Source: Podarcis melisellensis (lineage: Eukaryota). Taken from it: a DNA stretch of 64,000 bases. The position numbers and the translations under genes are program-made. The notes below the pieces were generated by a model, which saw only the letters and a program-made list of their open reading frames with translations, was not told the DNA's origin and made no database searches. The stretch lies in the NCBI GenBank assembly GCA_964234715.1, contig OZ174289.1; one strand, written 5' to 3'. Of the stretch, positions 35,758-47,700 are shown one piece after another; the first letter of the stretch is position 1; each line of letters opens with the position of its first letter.

Positions 35758-36456
35758 ACAGTATTATTAATGCAACTGTGTATAAAACCTGAAAGGTCTG
35801 TCTTCTGTTTGAAGGCATCCAAGAATCATAAAATTGTTGGAAATGATCTCAGGCAAATCTAATCAAACCTCCTTCATTATAATTCTAAACTGACATCTAT
35901 ATAAATTGGCATATGCCATTTTTTATGCTAACTTTGCCCTTGTTTCTTTTGGCTACCCTCAGCAGATGCCATCTTGGAAGAGGCATCACCCAGTTTCTCA
36001 AACACGAGGGATTGCCTCTTCTCTCACGTGGGCTGATGCATAGACACATCATCATCCAAGCCAACAGGTGGCCTAGCGCTATCTTAGAGAAGGCATTCCC
36101 TGTTCTCTCTCACACAGGAGGCAACACTTTTCCTGTGATACCTGCTTGTGATATGTACCCATATCAGGGTGCAGTACCAATGCGTGACTGAGGCTATCAT
36201 AGAAGAGTCATTCTTCCTCTCACCCAGGACGGAAAGCTTTTGCCATGATGTCTGCTGTGACACAGATAAGCACCATGCTGTTCCAATGGGTGGTTAGGGC
36301 CATCTTAGGTGACATTCACACCCCACATTTAAAGCACTACAATTCCACTCTAAATGCTCATGGCTTCCCCCAGAGAATTCAGGGAGTTGTAGTTTGTTAA
36401 TATGATGATGGTGATGATGATGATGATGATGATGATGATGTTAAGGGAGCTGAGAG

Positions 36457-36538
36457 TTGTTGTTGTTTAGTCGTTTAGTCGTGTCCAACTCTTCGTGAGT
36501 TGGACACGAAGCACGCCAGGCACTCCTGTCTTCCACTG
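36457..36538 (-). mobile_element. RTE/BovB 3'-end fragment
   Basis: (GTT)n-TAGTCG..GTGTCC.ACTCTTCGTGA; flanking duplication CTGAGAGTTGTT. Confidence 0.7.
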
Positions 36539-37287
36539 AGAGTTGTTAGGAGAGCTGTATTCTCTTATTTGAACTACTGCATACAAATCAATCAACCAAA
36601 AACCCATAGAACAATTTCTTTAACACTTTGCATTCCAGTGACTTTACAGTGCAATCCTACACATGCTTACTCAGAAGCAAGTCCCGCTTGAGTTCAGTGG
36701 GGCTTACTGTCAAATAAGTGTACATCACATTTCAGCCTTCATTTATCATACTTTAGTGTGTTTCGGCACTGCAAAAATTTCTGCTGAAGTGCCTTTTTGA
36801 GGCCCTGGAGAAAAGTGAGACTTAACAATGTACATTTTTAGACATGAAGGTAATTAGAACAAAATCCCTTTGTCAGATGATCTCAGAGTACAGGGAGGCT
36901 CATCTGGGACAAGGCATTCCCTTTCCTTAACTTTTCCCAGCATTCCTCAAATTTCTGCTGCATCCTGGTATCTGCAGTGACTGAATGCTCCATTCACACC
37001 CAACATGATGCAGAGATGAGGCAGAATGACTGTCTCTGATAGATGCTGAGCAGAAGGAGGCAGAAGAGCAGAGAATCTTACAAAGATGCATCAGGCGGCC
37101 CCTCTGAGACTGGTGCACTGGGGTCTCACCAGGGTCTTTCTTCATAGATATAGAACCCTTTCAGAGGAAGGGCAATATATAAATTAAATAAATAAACAGT
37201 CATTCTTTATAGTTCCCAACATATCAAAGATGAATATAGGTTCATTCTTTATCTAAGTGCCCAATTCTCACAAAAAAAAATTAAGAA

Positions 37288-37342
37288 GGCCATGGGGTCA
37301 CGAAGAGTCGGACACGACTGAACGACTAAACAACAACAACAA
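37288..37342 (+). mobile_element. RTE/BovB 3'-end fragment
   Basis: CCATGGGGTCACGAAGAGTCGGACACGACT...(CAA)n. Confidence 0.78.
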
Positions 37343-37489
37343 AGGCCAATAAGAGGGACAAGTGACACCCCAGGGACGAGAAAGAAGGGACTAGAAGTTG
37401 GCATCATTTGGCACCTGACAAGGTCTATACCCCATTAAGGACCCTATTAAGAATGCAGCCATCGGGCTGAAAAACGTTCCCCACCCATG

Positions 37490-37777
37490 TCCTAGATCCA
37501 GCTTTGTCACCAGAGGCTCAAAGGCCCTGCAGCATCTGATTTCTTTCCGCAGGGCCTGTAAGACAGAATTGTTTCGCCTGGCCTTTGGCTTGGAGTCAAT
37601 TTGATTCCCTCCCCCCTTTCTTTTTCCTTTCTCCTCCTATGAAGAGGCTGCATTTTAATGTTTTAATGTTGTATTATAATCTTGTTTTTAAGTTGTATTC
37701 ATTCAACTTGTTTTTATTACTGGTTGTTAGCTACCCTGAGCCCGGCCTTGGCTGGGGAGGGTGGGGTATAAAGAAAA

Positions 37778-37824
<47 letters not shown>
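37490..37824 (+). mobile_element. LINE (L2-like) 3' end with (ATT)n tail; shorter copies at ~20118-20216 and ~22408-22506
   Basis: Shared CCCTGAGCCCGG.CTTGGCTGGGGAGGG.GGG followed by (ATT)n. Confidence 0.65.
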
Positions 37825-37825
<1 letters not shown>

Positions 37826-38229
37826 TGCTGGTGCAGAGTGCCTTTGACCAGCTATGGGCTGGTTTGCCACATATGGCCATTCTTAGATTGGCCATAGTAC
37901 TGTAATTCATGCTCTGGACTACTGTAACGTGCTCTACCTGGGGCTGCCCTTGAAGATGGCATGGAAGCTCCAGTTAGTGCAAAATGCAGTTGATTAGTTA
38001 TAGATTGGAGCAGCTAGCATGAGCCACATTTCACTGGTCATCGATATAGGCGGAACAGCTCACAGCAGTCTGTAATTACTGTAACTCCTGATCTTAATCC
38101 CATTTATTCAACAGGATTTGGGAATGAAAATGGGGACAGGGTGGGTGGAGAAGGGACACAGAAAATCTGCATTTCTTCTAAATGCTCAAGGGCAGTAAAG
38201 GTTGCAGTCCGTGGAGATGAAGGCACTTT

Positions 38230-38606
38230 ACACCTGGTCAAAGGTTCTCCTTTAATATTACTTCATAAATTCCAGTTCTTACTACAGACCTGGACATTGT
38301 GATAAGGAAAAAGAGACAGTGCACCTAATGATAAAAAAGTTGGGACAGAGGGTTTGTTGTTTGCCCAGGCTCTGCACAGAAAAGACTTTGTCTGTAAACT
38401 GACCTGCTGCCAGAGTGGCTCCTCCTCTGCCTGCATTTCCCTGTTTGAGCAATAAAGGTTAGTTAGGACCAAAAGAGAGAGAGAGAGATGCTCAACTTCC
38501 TGGTCTGCTTGTCTCTGGAAGCAAAGCCAAACAGCACATAGTCTGAGCGAGCTCTAAAGAGCCAGGCCTTCCAAATAAGATTGCTTCCTCTCATACTGGA
38601 AGGACA
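38230..38606 (+). promoter_or_regulatory. NOXA1 proximal promoter region
   Basis: Immediately 5' of the ATG; DR1/HNF4-like, GATA x2, CDX-like and ETS motifs. Confidence 0.5.
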
Positions 38607-38780
38607 ATGGCTTACAGTAACCTGGTCAGGCATTGGAACAAAGGAGTTTTAGCTCTAGAGAAGGGCAGCTGGGAATCTGCCTTACGCATCTTCTGCAGCA
38701 TTGAAAACCCTCCTTCAAAGATCAGCTTCAACATTGGCTGCCTGCATCTTGCAAGGGGAGACCTGGAGCAAGCTCTGGAG
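38607..38780 (+). CDS. NOXA1: NOXA1 exon 1 (TPR)
   Basis: [16 protein letters not shown]...FNIGCLHL; gag|gtaggt. Confidence 0.92.
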
Positions 38781-41700
38781 GTAGGTCTTAAGACCATTTC
38801 ACATATGACAGATTCAAACTCAGGTTTTCCATGGAGCATACACACAACTCAGAACTGTCTGCGCTGATTGGAGTTGTAGTCCAAAGCATCCTGAAGTCAC
38901 CAAGTTGAAAAAGGCTGGTCTACCTCTGTTTTAATTCCCCACAACGTCATGGGGTGGCAGTAGATTGGGTGCTCCAGAGCATTGTGGGAAATGAAGATGG
39001 CAGTCCTTTAGCCACCAATACTGACACCACCAAGAAAATCATCCGTGTATAGCCCACTAGAGCACACTTTGCTCCTGGGCCTCTCAAACCCAGAGCCAGA
39101 CCTGCCTGTATTCATATGTATTGATGATACTTATATTTTATCTGCTTATTTATTACATTCATATCCCAACTTTCCTCCAGTGAGTTCAAGGTGGCAGCCC
39201 CCCTTGCCATTTTATCCTTACAACAACCCTGTGAGGTAGATTAAGCCTTCACTATATTGTTTTCAACAATTGTTAAATACAGTGGTACCTCGGTTTAAGA
39301 ACAGTCTGGTTAAAGAAAAATTCGGTTAACGAATTCCACAAAACCGGAAGTAGTGTCCCGGTTTGCGAACTTTACCTCAGTCTAAGAACAGAATCTGAAT
39401 GGTGGAAGGGCACCAGCGGTGGGAGGCCTCATTAGGGAAAGCACACCTCGGTTTAAGAACTGTTTTGGTTTAATAACGGACTTCCAAAACGGATTAAGTT
39501 CGTAAACCAAGGTACCACTGTACTTTTTTGTTTTGTTTACTTCTGCAACCCAGGCATGTCTTTTTAACAACCAATTTTTACATGTGTTTTTATTATGCAT
39601 AACGGCTTTACGGCTGCTAATTTTATTATATTTTTAAAATGTATGTTAACTAGTTTTCCATGCTTCACTTAACTGGTATTTTTAAATGACAATTTTAGAT
39701 TGCCCATTGTAATCCACTTAGAGCAGGGGGTCAGCAATTTTTTCTAGTAGCGGGCTGGTCCACTGTCTGGAGGTGGCGAGGCGGGAGGAGCCAGAGCCGG
39801 TGGTGGGCGCTGTCTTACCTCCTTGTGATGGGAGGAAGGGGCCAAGTGGCGGCAGCTCTGCCAATCAGACGCCACACCTGGTTTACCTCAGCGCGGCGTG
39901 GGGATGTTTCTGCCAATCAAACGCCACTGAGGTAAACTAGGCGCAGCATTTGATTGGCAGAGACGTCCCTGCGCCGTGCTGAGGTAAACCAGGCACAGCA
40001 ATTAAGTGGCAGAGCCGCCGCTGCTCGGCCTCTTCCTCCTGCTGCTGTCGCTGGGAGTCTCAGCTTCGCGGCAGGTTCTGGCTTTGTGGCGTGGGGCACG
40101 GGCCAGATTTATGACCCAGGTGGAGCTGATCCAGCCTGCGGACTTTAGTTTGCCAACCCCTGGCTTAGAGGCATGTGATTTTTTAAAAAATCAAATAAGT
40201 GGTCTGCTGCAAATGTTGTTAAATAAATAAGGGTTGCACTATGACACTAAAAAAATATAAATAAATAGGTATACACTTGTGGGAGGAAAGAAGTATTTAA
40301 ACTGTGCACGTAAGGAATGTAACATGTGAAGTGGCTCACATAAAGTAAATCAATGCAGGTAAAAAAGTGTTGTAGGGAGGACAAAGGATTTTCATATTCA
40401 GCACTTCCTGGAGAACCAGGTTACCACAGCAGGAAGCAACTGTTGAACAAATTTAGCAATTCCCAGAACGAATGAGTCAGCAACATGCCTCAGATTTCAG
40501 AACTAGCTGGTGCCCATTGGGACTGGTGAGGCAGAATGCAAGAAGCCCAAAACAGAAAAAGTGTTCTGGTATGGCTGAGCCTAGGGATGGAAAGAAATTT
40601 GGTTCAGTTTTCATTTTAATGCAAAGATAACTAATTCACACACACAAATATTTGCACCAAATTTTGTGATTCTCCAGCCATAAGAACACACAATGAAAAT
40701 ATTAGTGAAAATAACATTAAAAATATTAGGGGACATCACTTGCAAAAAAAGAGAGAGAGAGAGAGAGGTGCATGTTGGCAGAAATGTGTACAAAGCTGCC
40801 CAATTTTCATGAGAACATTAAAAAAATAAAATCTGCAAACTGATCCAGAAATTTGGCAAACTGAACTAAAGGTTGGAAAGATTAGAAACTGAAATTGATC
40901 GATTTGTCCAACCTTAGTTAAGCCTCAATGGAGTACCTTTTTACAGAAGAAACAATGACTTTGCAAGTTCCTTCCTTAATGCTTTATCCCTGGAAGAATT
41001 CCTGACCTACTTTGCAAGCAAAAACAGAATTAGCCTCTCAGTGCAGCAATAGCTTAAGGTAACAAATTCCGGAAGAGACATTGCATTTCTGTCTCGGAAT
41101 CACCAAGCTTGGGAAGGTGGGCTGAGCTAGTTCATACCTGGTTCCTGCATAGGAAGCTGTGTTATGCCAGCAGGTCAGAATATCTGCCCATCTAGACCAG
41201 TGTCGCCTACTCTGATTGGCAGCAGCTTTCTGGGGTCTTGGTCAAAAATATGACTTTTCCTTCGCTATTGCTACTTGGGATCTCCCCACCCCCCACTTTT
41301 TCACTGGAGATATCAGGGGTCAGTTTTGAACCCAGTCCCATCCATGTGCAAAGCAAGTGGGTTCAAAGTCATTGAGCTGCAGACCATTTCTCTGTGGGAA
41401 ATATCTCACCTAATATAACCAACGTGCTTAACTATAATTAATGCATGAAGGAGTTAAAAACATAGAGTAAGCTGTCCTAAATGACTTAACTAGGTCACAC
41501 CCCCCTCAGGCTGGGAGGAAGGGCTACCACACTCCACCATTCACTCTACATTCCACCATTTCCTCTCACCATGTTAACTCTTCCAGTAAGGGTGCCTAAG
41601 CTGAATGCTCCAAGCTTCTACAGTATGGCTTTAGCAAGCCATCTCTGTGTTTCTATGCAAATGATTTAGAAACATTTACCTTTTTACAACTAACCTAAGT

Positions 41701-44700
41701 TTTGCTGCCTGGCTTTACTTGCTGCTGTATGGAAAAGCACATGAATCTGATCTTTGAATAGTTTTGTAAGTAAATCATATTTATCTTACCAAACATATTG
41801 TATATGCTAAGGAAAGTGGGCAGCTTTTGTATCAACTTAGAAGGGGATATTTTAAACGTCTGACATCCTGCATTTCCACACTTTACTTTGCTGCATGTTT
41901 TGAGATTTTAAATCACTGCATGTGCTCTCTCACCAAAGAGTACTTGCCCCAAATCTGGATCTAGACATCCAGGGAATTCTCCTTATATCAAACCAAATCA
42001 AACAACATGCTCAAAATGCATTTTGCCCTGCTGAGAAAAAGCTGTCAACTTTTTATGGCCGGTTTTATTTCTCTGCCTCTAAACAGCCTGACACCCAGTA
42101 AAAGCAAACAAGTGATGCCTTTTCTCATTGTTTCATCTCTGTGCCAGGAAAAAGCATTTCCTGTTGAATTTCTCCTGCTGTTAAAAAGCACAGGAGTAAA
42201 AAAAGAAATCTGGCAACCTTAATGTTATTTTTCTGCCTCCAGGCATTTGACCGATCTATTTCCAAAGACAATTGCTTAGCTGTGGGTTTCTTCCAGAGAG
42301 GATATGCTTACCTGTTGCTGGAGAGGTGAGTGTCTGCTGTTTCGTTGTCAAAGGGTACAATAATTGAGCTCACACAAATATTATAGGAGCCAGAATGAAT
42401 CCAGCGCACAAGCAGGGGAAAGGAAGGCAAACAACCAGCCAAGCTATGCAGCATATGTGGGGCAGAAACTGATGTCAAGTTACCACCTTCTTCTTAGTGG
42501 AGCCCCTCCACCTTTTAACAGCAGTGGAATGGTGGAGCGAACTCAGCTACCTCCAGCTTCGCTCCATGCCAGAAAAATGTTCATCTGTTGAATTTCTAAT
42601 AAATTACACTAGGGGGTTTGTTAAATGTGGAGAGGAAACAGAGATCCTGTGGATTCTGTAAACCGGAAAGTGGAGTTCAATCCCATGCCCTCCAGCATTT
42701 CTCCAATGAAAACAGGGATGTCCGATTCCATACTACTGCTACTACTGCTACTACCTTTATGATTTATGCTCCACCCATTGGACTGGGTTGCTCCATCCAG
42801 CCACTCTGGGCAGCTTACAACATATATAAAAATAATAATAAAACATTAAAATAATTTCCCTATACAGAGCTGCCTTCAGATGTCTTCTAAAGGATGTATA
42901 GTTACTTATCTCCTTGGCTTGAGGGTTGCACACCATATGCGCTAACATTTCTCTGATGAAATGTTGGGACGTCCTAAGGAAAAGTGGGACATTCCAGAAT
43001 CAAATCAGAAACCTGGACAGCTTCTTTAAATCTGGCCCTGTTTTGTGCACATATGTCATCAGGGGTGGGGTAGGTGTGCATGTGGTTATGGGGATGTTGG
43101 CCAAAGGGGGAGGTCTGGAGGGTCCTCAGACCCCACGGGGGCTCCTCACAGCTAGGATATATCTAACAGCAACAGGTGGACAACAATTAAGGATTTATTA
43201 TGTTTTCAGAATGTATTGGAAAATTTATATAGAAAGGTTTATTGTTTTGTGTACATTCAGTTGTAAGATAAAATATATGCAAAGGGACTTGGCAGGAAGT
43301 CAAAGTTGAAGAAAAGGTTTTGTAAGATAAAATGGGGGAAAATATTTACTTTCATTTTTATCATTGTGGGGTGTGTGTCTGTAAATATGTGTGTTTATGT
43401 ATGGAATGTTTGGGAGGAAATAAGACGGTAAATAACAAATAACAAACTAAATATTGATGTATGAAATTTTTATTTCTCAATTATATTTAGTGGTAGTATG
43501 GTTGTATTGTTTTTTGTAACATAAAATCATTCAATAAAAATTATTTTTAAAAAGGATATATCTAACAGCAATAACAGTACAATTCTTTTCCTGATCTCGG
43601 TATTTTTACTTTCCTAAACACAGACGTTGTTGTTTTCTCCCCCTGCCAGATATGAAGAAGCCCTGAATGATTTCAGGCTTGCCCTGCTGCACCTCAGGAA
43701 GAACCCCTGCATTGATTATAAGCAGCTGGGTCTGAAGTTTGTGTTGTGTGCCTGGGAGGTAAGGTGATGTTAAGAGCATTATACGATGATGACTCAGCAA
43801 AACAATCCATGATAGACATAACTAGGGACTGCTGCCCCTCCTTGCTCTGCTCACCAACCCCTTTGCCAACCCCCCTTCCTCTACACTTGGCCAACCCCCT
43901 CCCTTTACACTTCCTCAACCTCACCCCCCTTTCATAGCCTATCCTCTCATACTTCCTCTACCCTTCCCTTCACAGCTTGCCCAAACAGTCTGTGTACCTG
44001 TGTACATAGAAGCTGAACGGTACAAATAAACGTGCACATGTACCCCCAGAATCCCCTGGGACATGGACTTCCCATTCTGGAAAGCAGTAGCATACCACTT
44101 TGAACTGTCAGGGATTAGCCAAAAGGATCCTGGGAAGTGTAGTTTGTTCAGGATGCCGAGACTTCTAACACCCCCCCCCCAATACACATTCCCCACACAG
44201 AGTTACAATTCTCAGAGATCCCCATGAAGAGCGATTGATTGCTAAACCACTCTGGAAAGGGGGACTCCCACAGGAAGTAGTGCTGGTGGCCAGCTTGGAT
44301 GGTTTTAGAAGAGGATTAGACAAATTAAAAGAAGAGGATAAGGCTACCAGTGGCTACTAGCCACAATGGCTATGTTCCACTTCCACTGTCAGAGACAGGG
44401 TGCCACTGAACTCATGTATCGGGATCATGTATAGGGAAAGTTTGGTTGAAATTAGATCTTTCTTGTGGTCTTCCAACAAGAGGTATCTGACTGGTCTGCT
44501 CTGAGAAAGATTAGCACTGGATCCAACCCTACGATTCTCTGCCATGAAACCTGTGTAATGATAAGAGTTTACTATTTAGAGGTCTTACAAAGTTGGTAAT
44601 TGAGGGCTTTCCTTCCTGCTGAAGAACCCAGTGTAATGTCTGAGGCTTGCATCCAGCAGAAATGTTATTTCTTGTGTGGTCTGCAGGTGGCGTACAACAC

Positions 44701-47700
44701 TGCTGCGGCTCACTGCCATCTTGGACAGTGGCAGGATGCTCAGCAAACACTGAAGGAGGCTGCTAGAGAGACCCCAAAGGGTCAAATCCACCACCTTGAT
44801 AGTGCTCTGAAGCAAGTGCAGGTATGATTTGCTGCATTAACCTGAGGAAGTTGGTTTTTCCTGGAAGTGTAGATCCACCTTCCAAGGAAGAGGTTGCTTA
44901 GCAGAGGCCGACACTCACACAGTACGTCTCCAGATGCCCTTTTTATTGCCCACTCACACCTCTCCATCCAGACAAGCTAGAGGCACTGCTGGAGTTCAAG
45001 GACACATTCCAGCCAAGGAAAAACACTCAAGGGAGGTGCAGAGAGGCCAGCGAGGGGTGTGGCATTTGGGGAGTTTCAAGGGCCAGGTGGAGACGCTTGG
45101 AGGGCCACATATGGCCCCTGGGCCTGAGGTTCCCCACCCATGAAAGAGAAAACTGTTCTCTGGCACAGATGATTTTCCTCTGCAAGGCAGGAGCCTAGAC
45201 AAGATGAACTTCCTTTCTGCAGCTTCAGGTAAATGTGTATATCCAAGACAAGATGACCCTGTTGTGAATAGTCTACCCTAAACCTGCCCTGTCCTAGGAA
45301 CATCTCTTCTTGGAACCCCGGAGTGTCCCTCAGGGGGAGATCTTCAAGCCCCCAAAGAAGGACGTGGAAGAGCTAGAAGAAAAAGACTTCCTGGGCCAGG
45401 CCAAGGTAGAACCTCTGACTCCGCAGATAAAAGGGGTGATGTTCTTCTGCTGTGATGGGGCTAGTTTTCCCCAAAGGGAATCAGCATGCTTATGGGCTGA
45501 ACTACTTTGGTAAAGGAGAGGAGTGGGGCTCACATGCTGGAATGTTCTCCTGTACAACTCCCCTTCCCCAACAACCTTACATGTAGAAATAAAGCTTGTT
45601 GGGATGGTTCCCTGTTTACAAAATTGTCCCATCTGGCACCAATTTTGCCATTGTTTTGCAACAGGCAAAAGCACCCTTTCTTTTTTGGACTTCTGGCCAT
45701 CATCAATTTGGACTTTTGGCCATCATCAATTATTGGATGTTTGCATTTTGAGTATTTTTTTTAAACATGCTTGTCTATGTTTTGACTGCATTGGCTGTAA
45801 ATTGTTTCGGCACTTTTTGTAGAGGGATTTGCTAGGGGCTCCCACCCTTGCTCATTCTACTTGCCCCAAGCCCCTCTTCTCTTGCTCTATGCCCTGTTAA
45901 AGAAGGGAGGGGGTAGTCACTTCATACAGTGGCTTGCTCTCCCCTCTGTTAAATAGCTTGCCTGTGCCTGCCTGTCATTCCTCATGCTAGGATTGGCATG
46001 GCCACCTACGGCTGCACAAACTGCAGGGCATTTATTTATTTATTTTTATTTTTAAATTTCTATACCGCTTTATATTTTTAATAAAAAAAATCAAAGCGGT
46101 TTACAGCAAATTAAATCAAGAAAACAATAAAACAATAGCCGGGCGATGTTCCTCTGGCCTCATGAGGAGCCTCTTCAGTAGGGCTAGTGAGTGTGGGCCC
46201 CGCCCCCTAGGCCAGGTGGAAAGGGGCTTGCAGGGAGTGGCCTTCACGACCCACAGCCAGGTCTGCCTTACTCCAAACCATTCTTGCATTCAGCTGGTGC
46301 CCCTTATGCTGATGATAGACAGACAGTCAAGTCAGACAGACAGAGATAGAGAGATAGATGGATGAGCCAAGCCAGGAGAGAGAAAATTGTTGTTGTTAAG
46401 GTTTGTTAAATGAATACTTTGCTTTACAGCAAATAACATACAATAAAGTCACGTAAGCATTGTGAAACACAAATTTAACAGTACAATAGCAAATAATAGG
46501 CATTGCCCCAATGCCTGGGAAATCAAAAATAGTGCCAAATCAATGACAAGGTTGGAGCCAGGAACTCCTCCCTCAGCAAGAGTTTTCCATAAATGAGAGG
46601 CTTCCAAGAGAAGGCCCATTAACATGTATTTGTTCTCAGGATCCCAGATAACAGCCAGTAGTTGACACTGCACTCCTCTGGCTTGTAATGCTCATTTTAG
46701 GGTCAGAAGTACCCAAGCTGTATGGAAATTTATTCACGCAGGCAACTACAGTGGCAAGAACGTTACTTGACCCAAAATGGAAAGAAGAAGAAGACCCAGC
46801 AAAAGAAGAATGGATACAAAACTTATGGAATATGCAGAAATGGCAAAACTTACTGGAAAAATAAGAAATCAAGATAACAAACTTTTTATAAAAACATAGA
46901 AATGATTTATTGAATATTTACAGATAAACTGTAAACAGATAAGAGCATTGGCAGGATTATTGTAATAACCTGCAGTTTTATAAGAGTATATATTTAAAAT
47001 AGAGGAATAAATGAGCAAATGAAGTTAATTTGGATATGCAGAAAATATTAAAAATAAATTTAAGGAACAGCAGAAAGAGGGGGAAGGAGGTCATGTTTTG
47101 AAATGTCAAAATGATAGTGAAATCAGTGAAATGTATAAAATTGAAAATGATAAATAAAGTAATGCTCATTTTATACCACCCTCCTTCCATTCACAGGTCA
47201 TCTCTTCCGCTTTTGAGGAAGATTGTGGCATCGGCTTTCATGGTCCCCAGCCCCAGGTGAAGGGGGGAAAGAAAGGGAAGTATGTGGGATGCTCACGGGC
47301 TCCTGGCACAGACAGCAGTTGCCAACTTCTTTCCCCTGCCTTCTCTCTAGAAGCACTTCCTGCCCTAAACCACCTATACCTCCCTGATTGCCACATCAGC
47401 CTGCCTCTCTCTCACAGCCATAAAGGTGGCCAGCTGACCTGAAAGTGGCCAGTGCTTGCACTGTTGAATACAATATTTGCTGATGTGCAGAAAACTTATT
47501 GCAGTGCGTAGATCAATATATTAACCACCTCAGAGATGCAAAGGAAGCTGCTCTTAAATGGCACAGCTACAGAGGCTGGCTGGAAAAGTTGGCAACCCTG
47601 CATTAGGTATTCCTGAACTTTAGCACCCCTTGCTTTGCTCCTCTTGTTATCATCTACTTTTGTTCCCACCCCAAGCCAATGAGAGTAGCAACCTTTTGTG

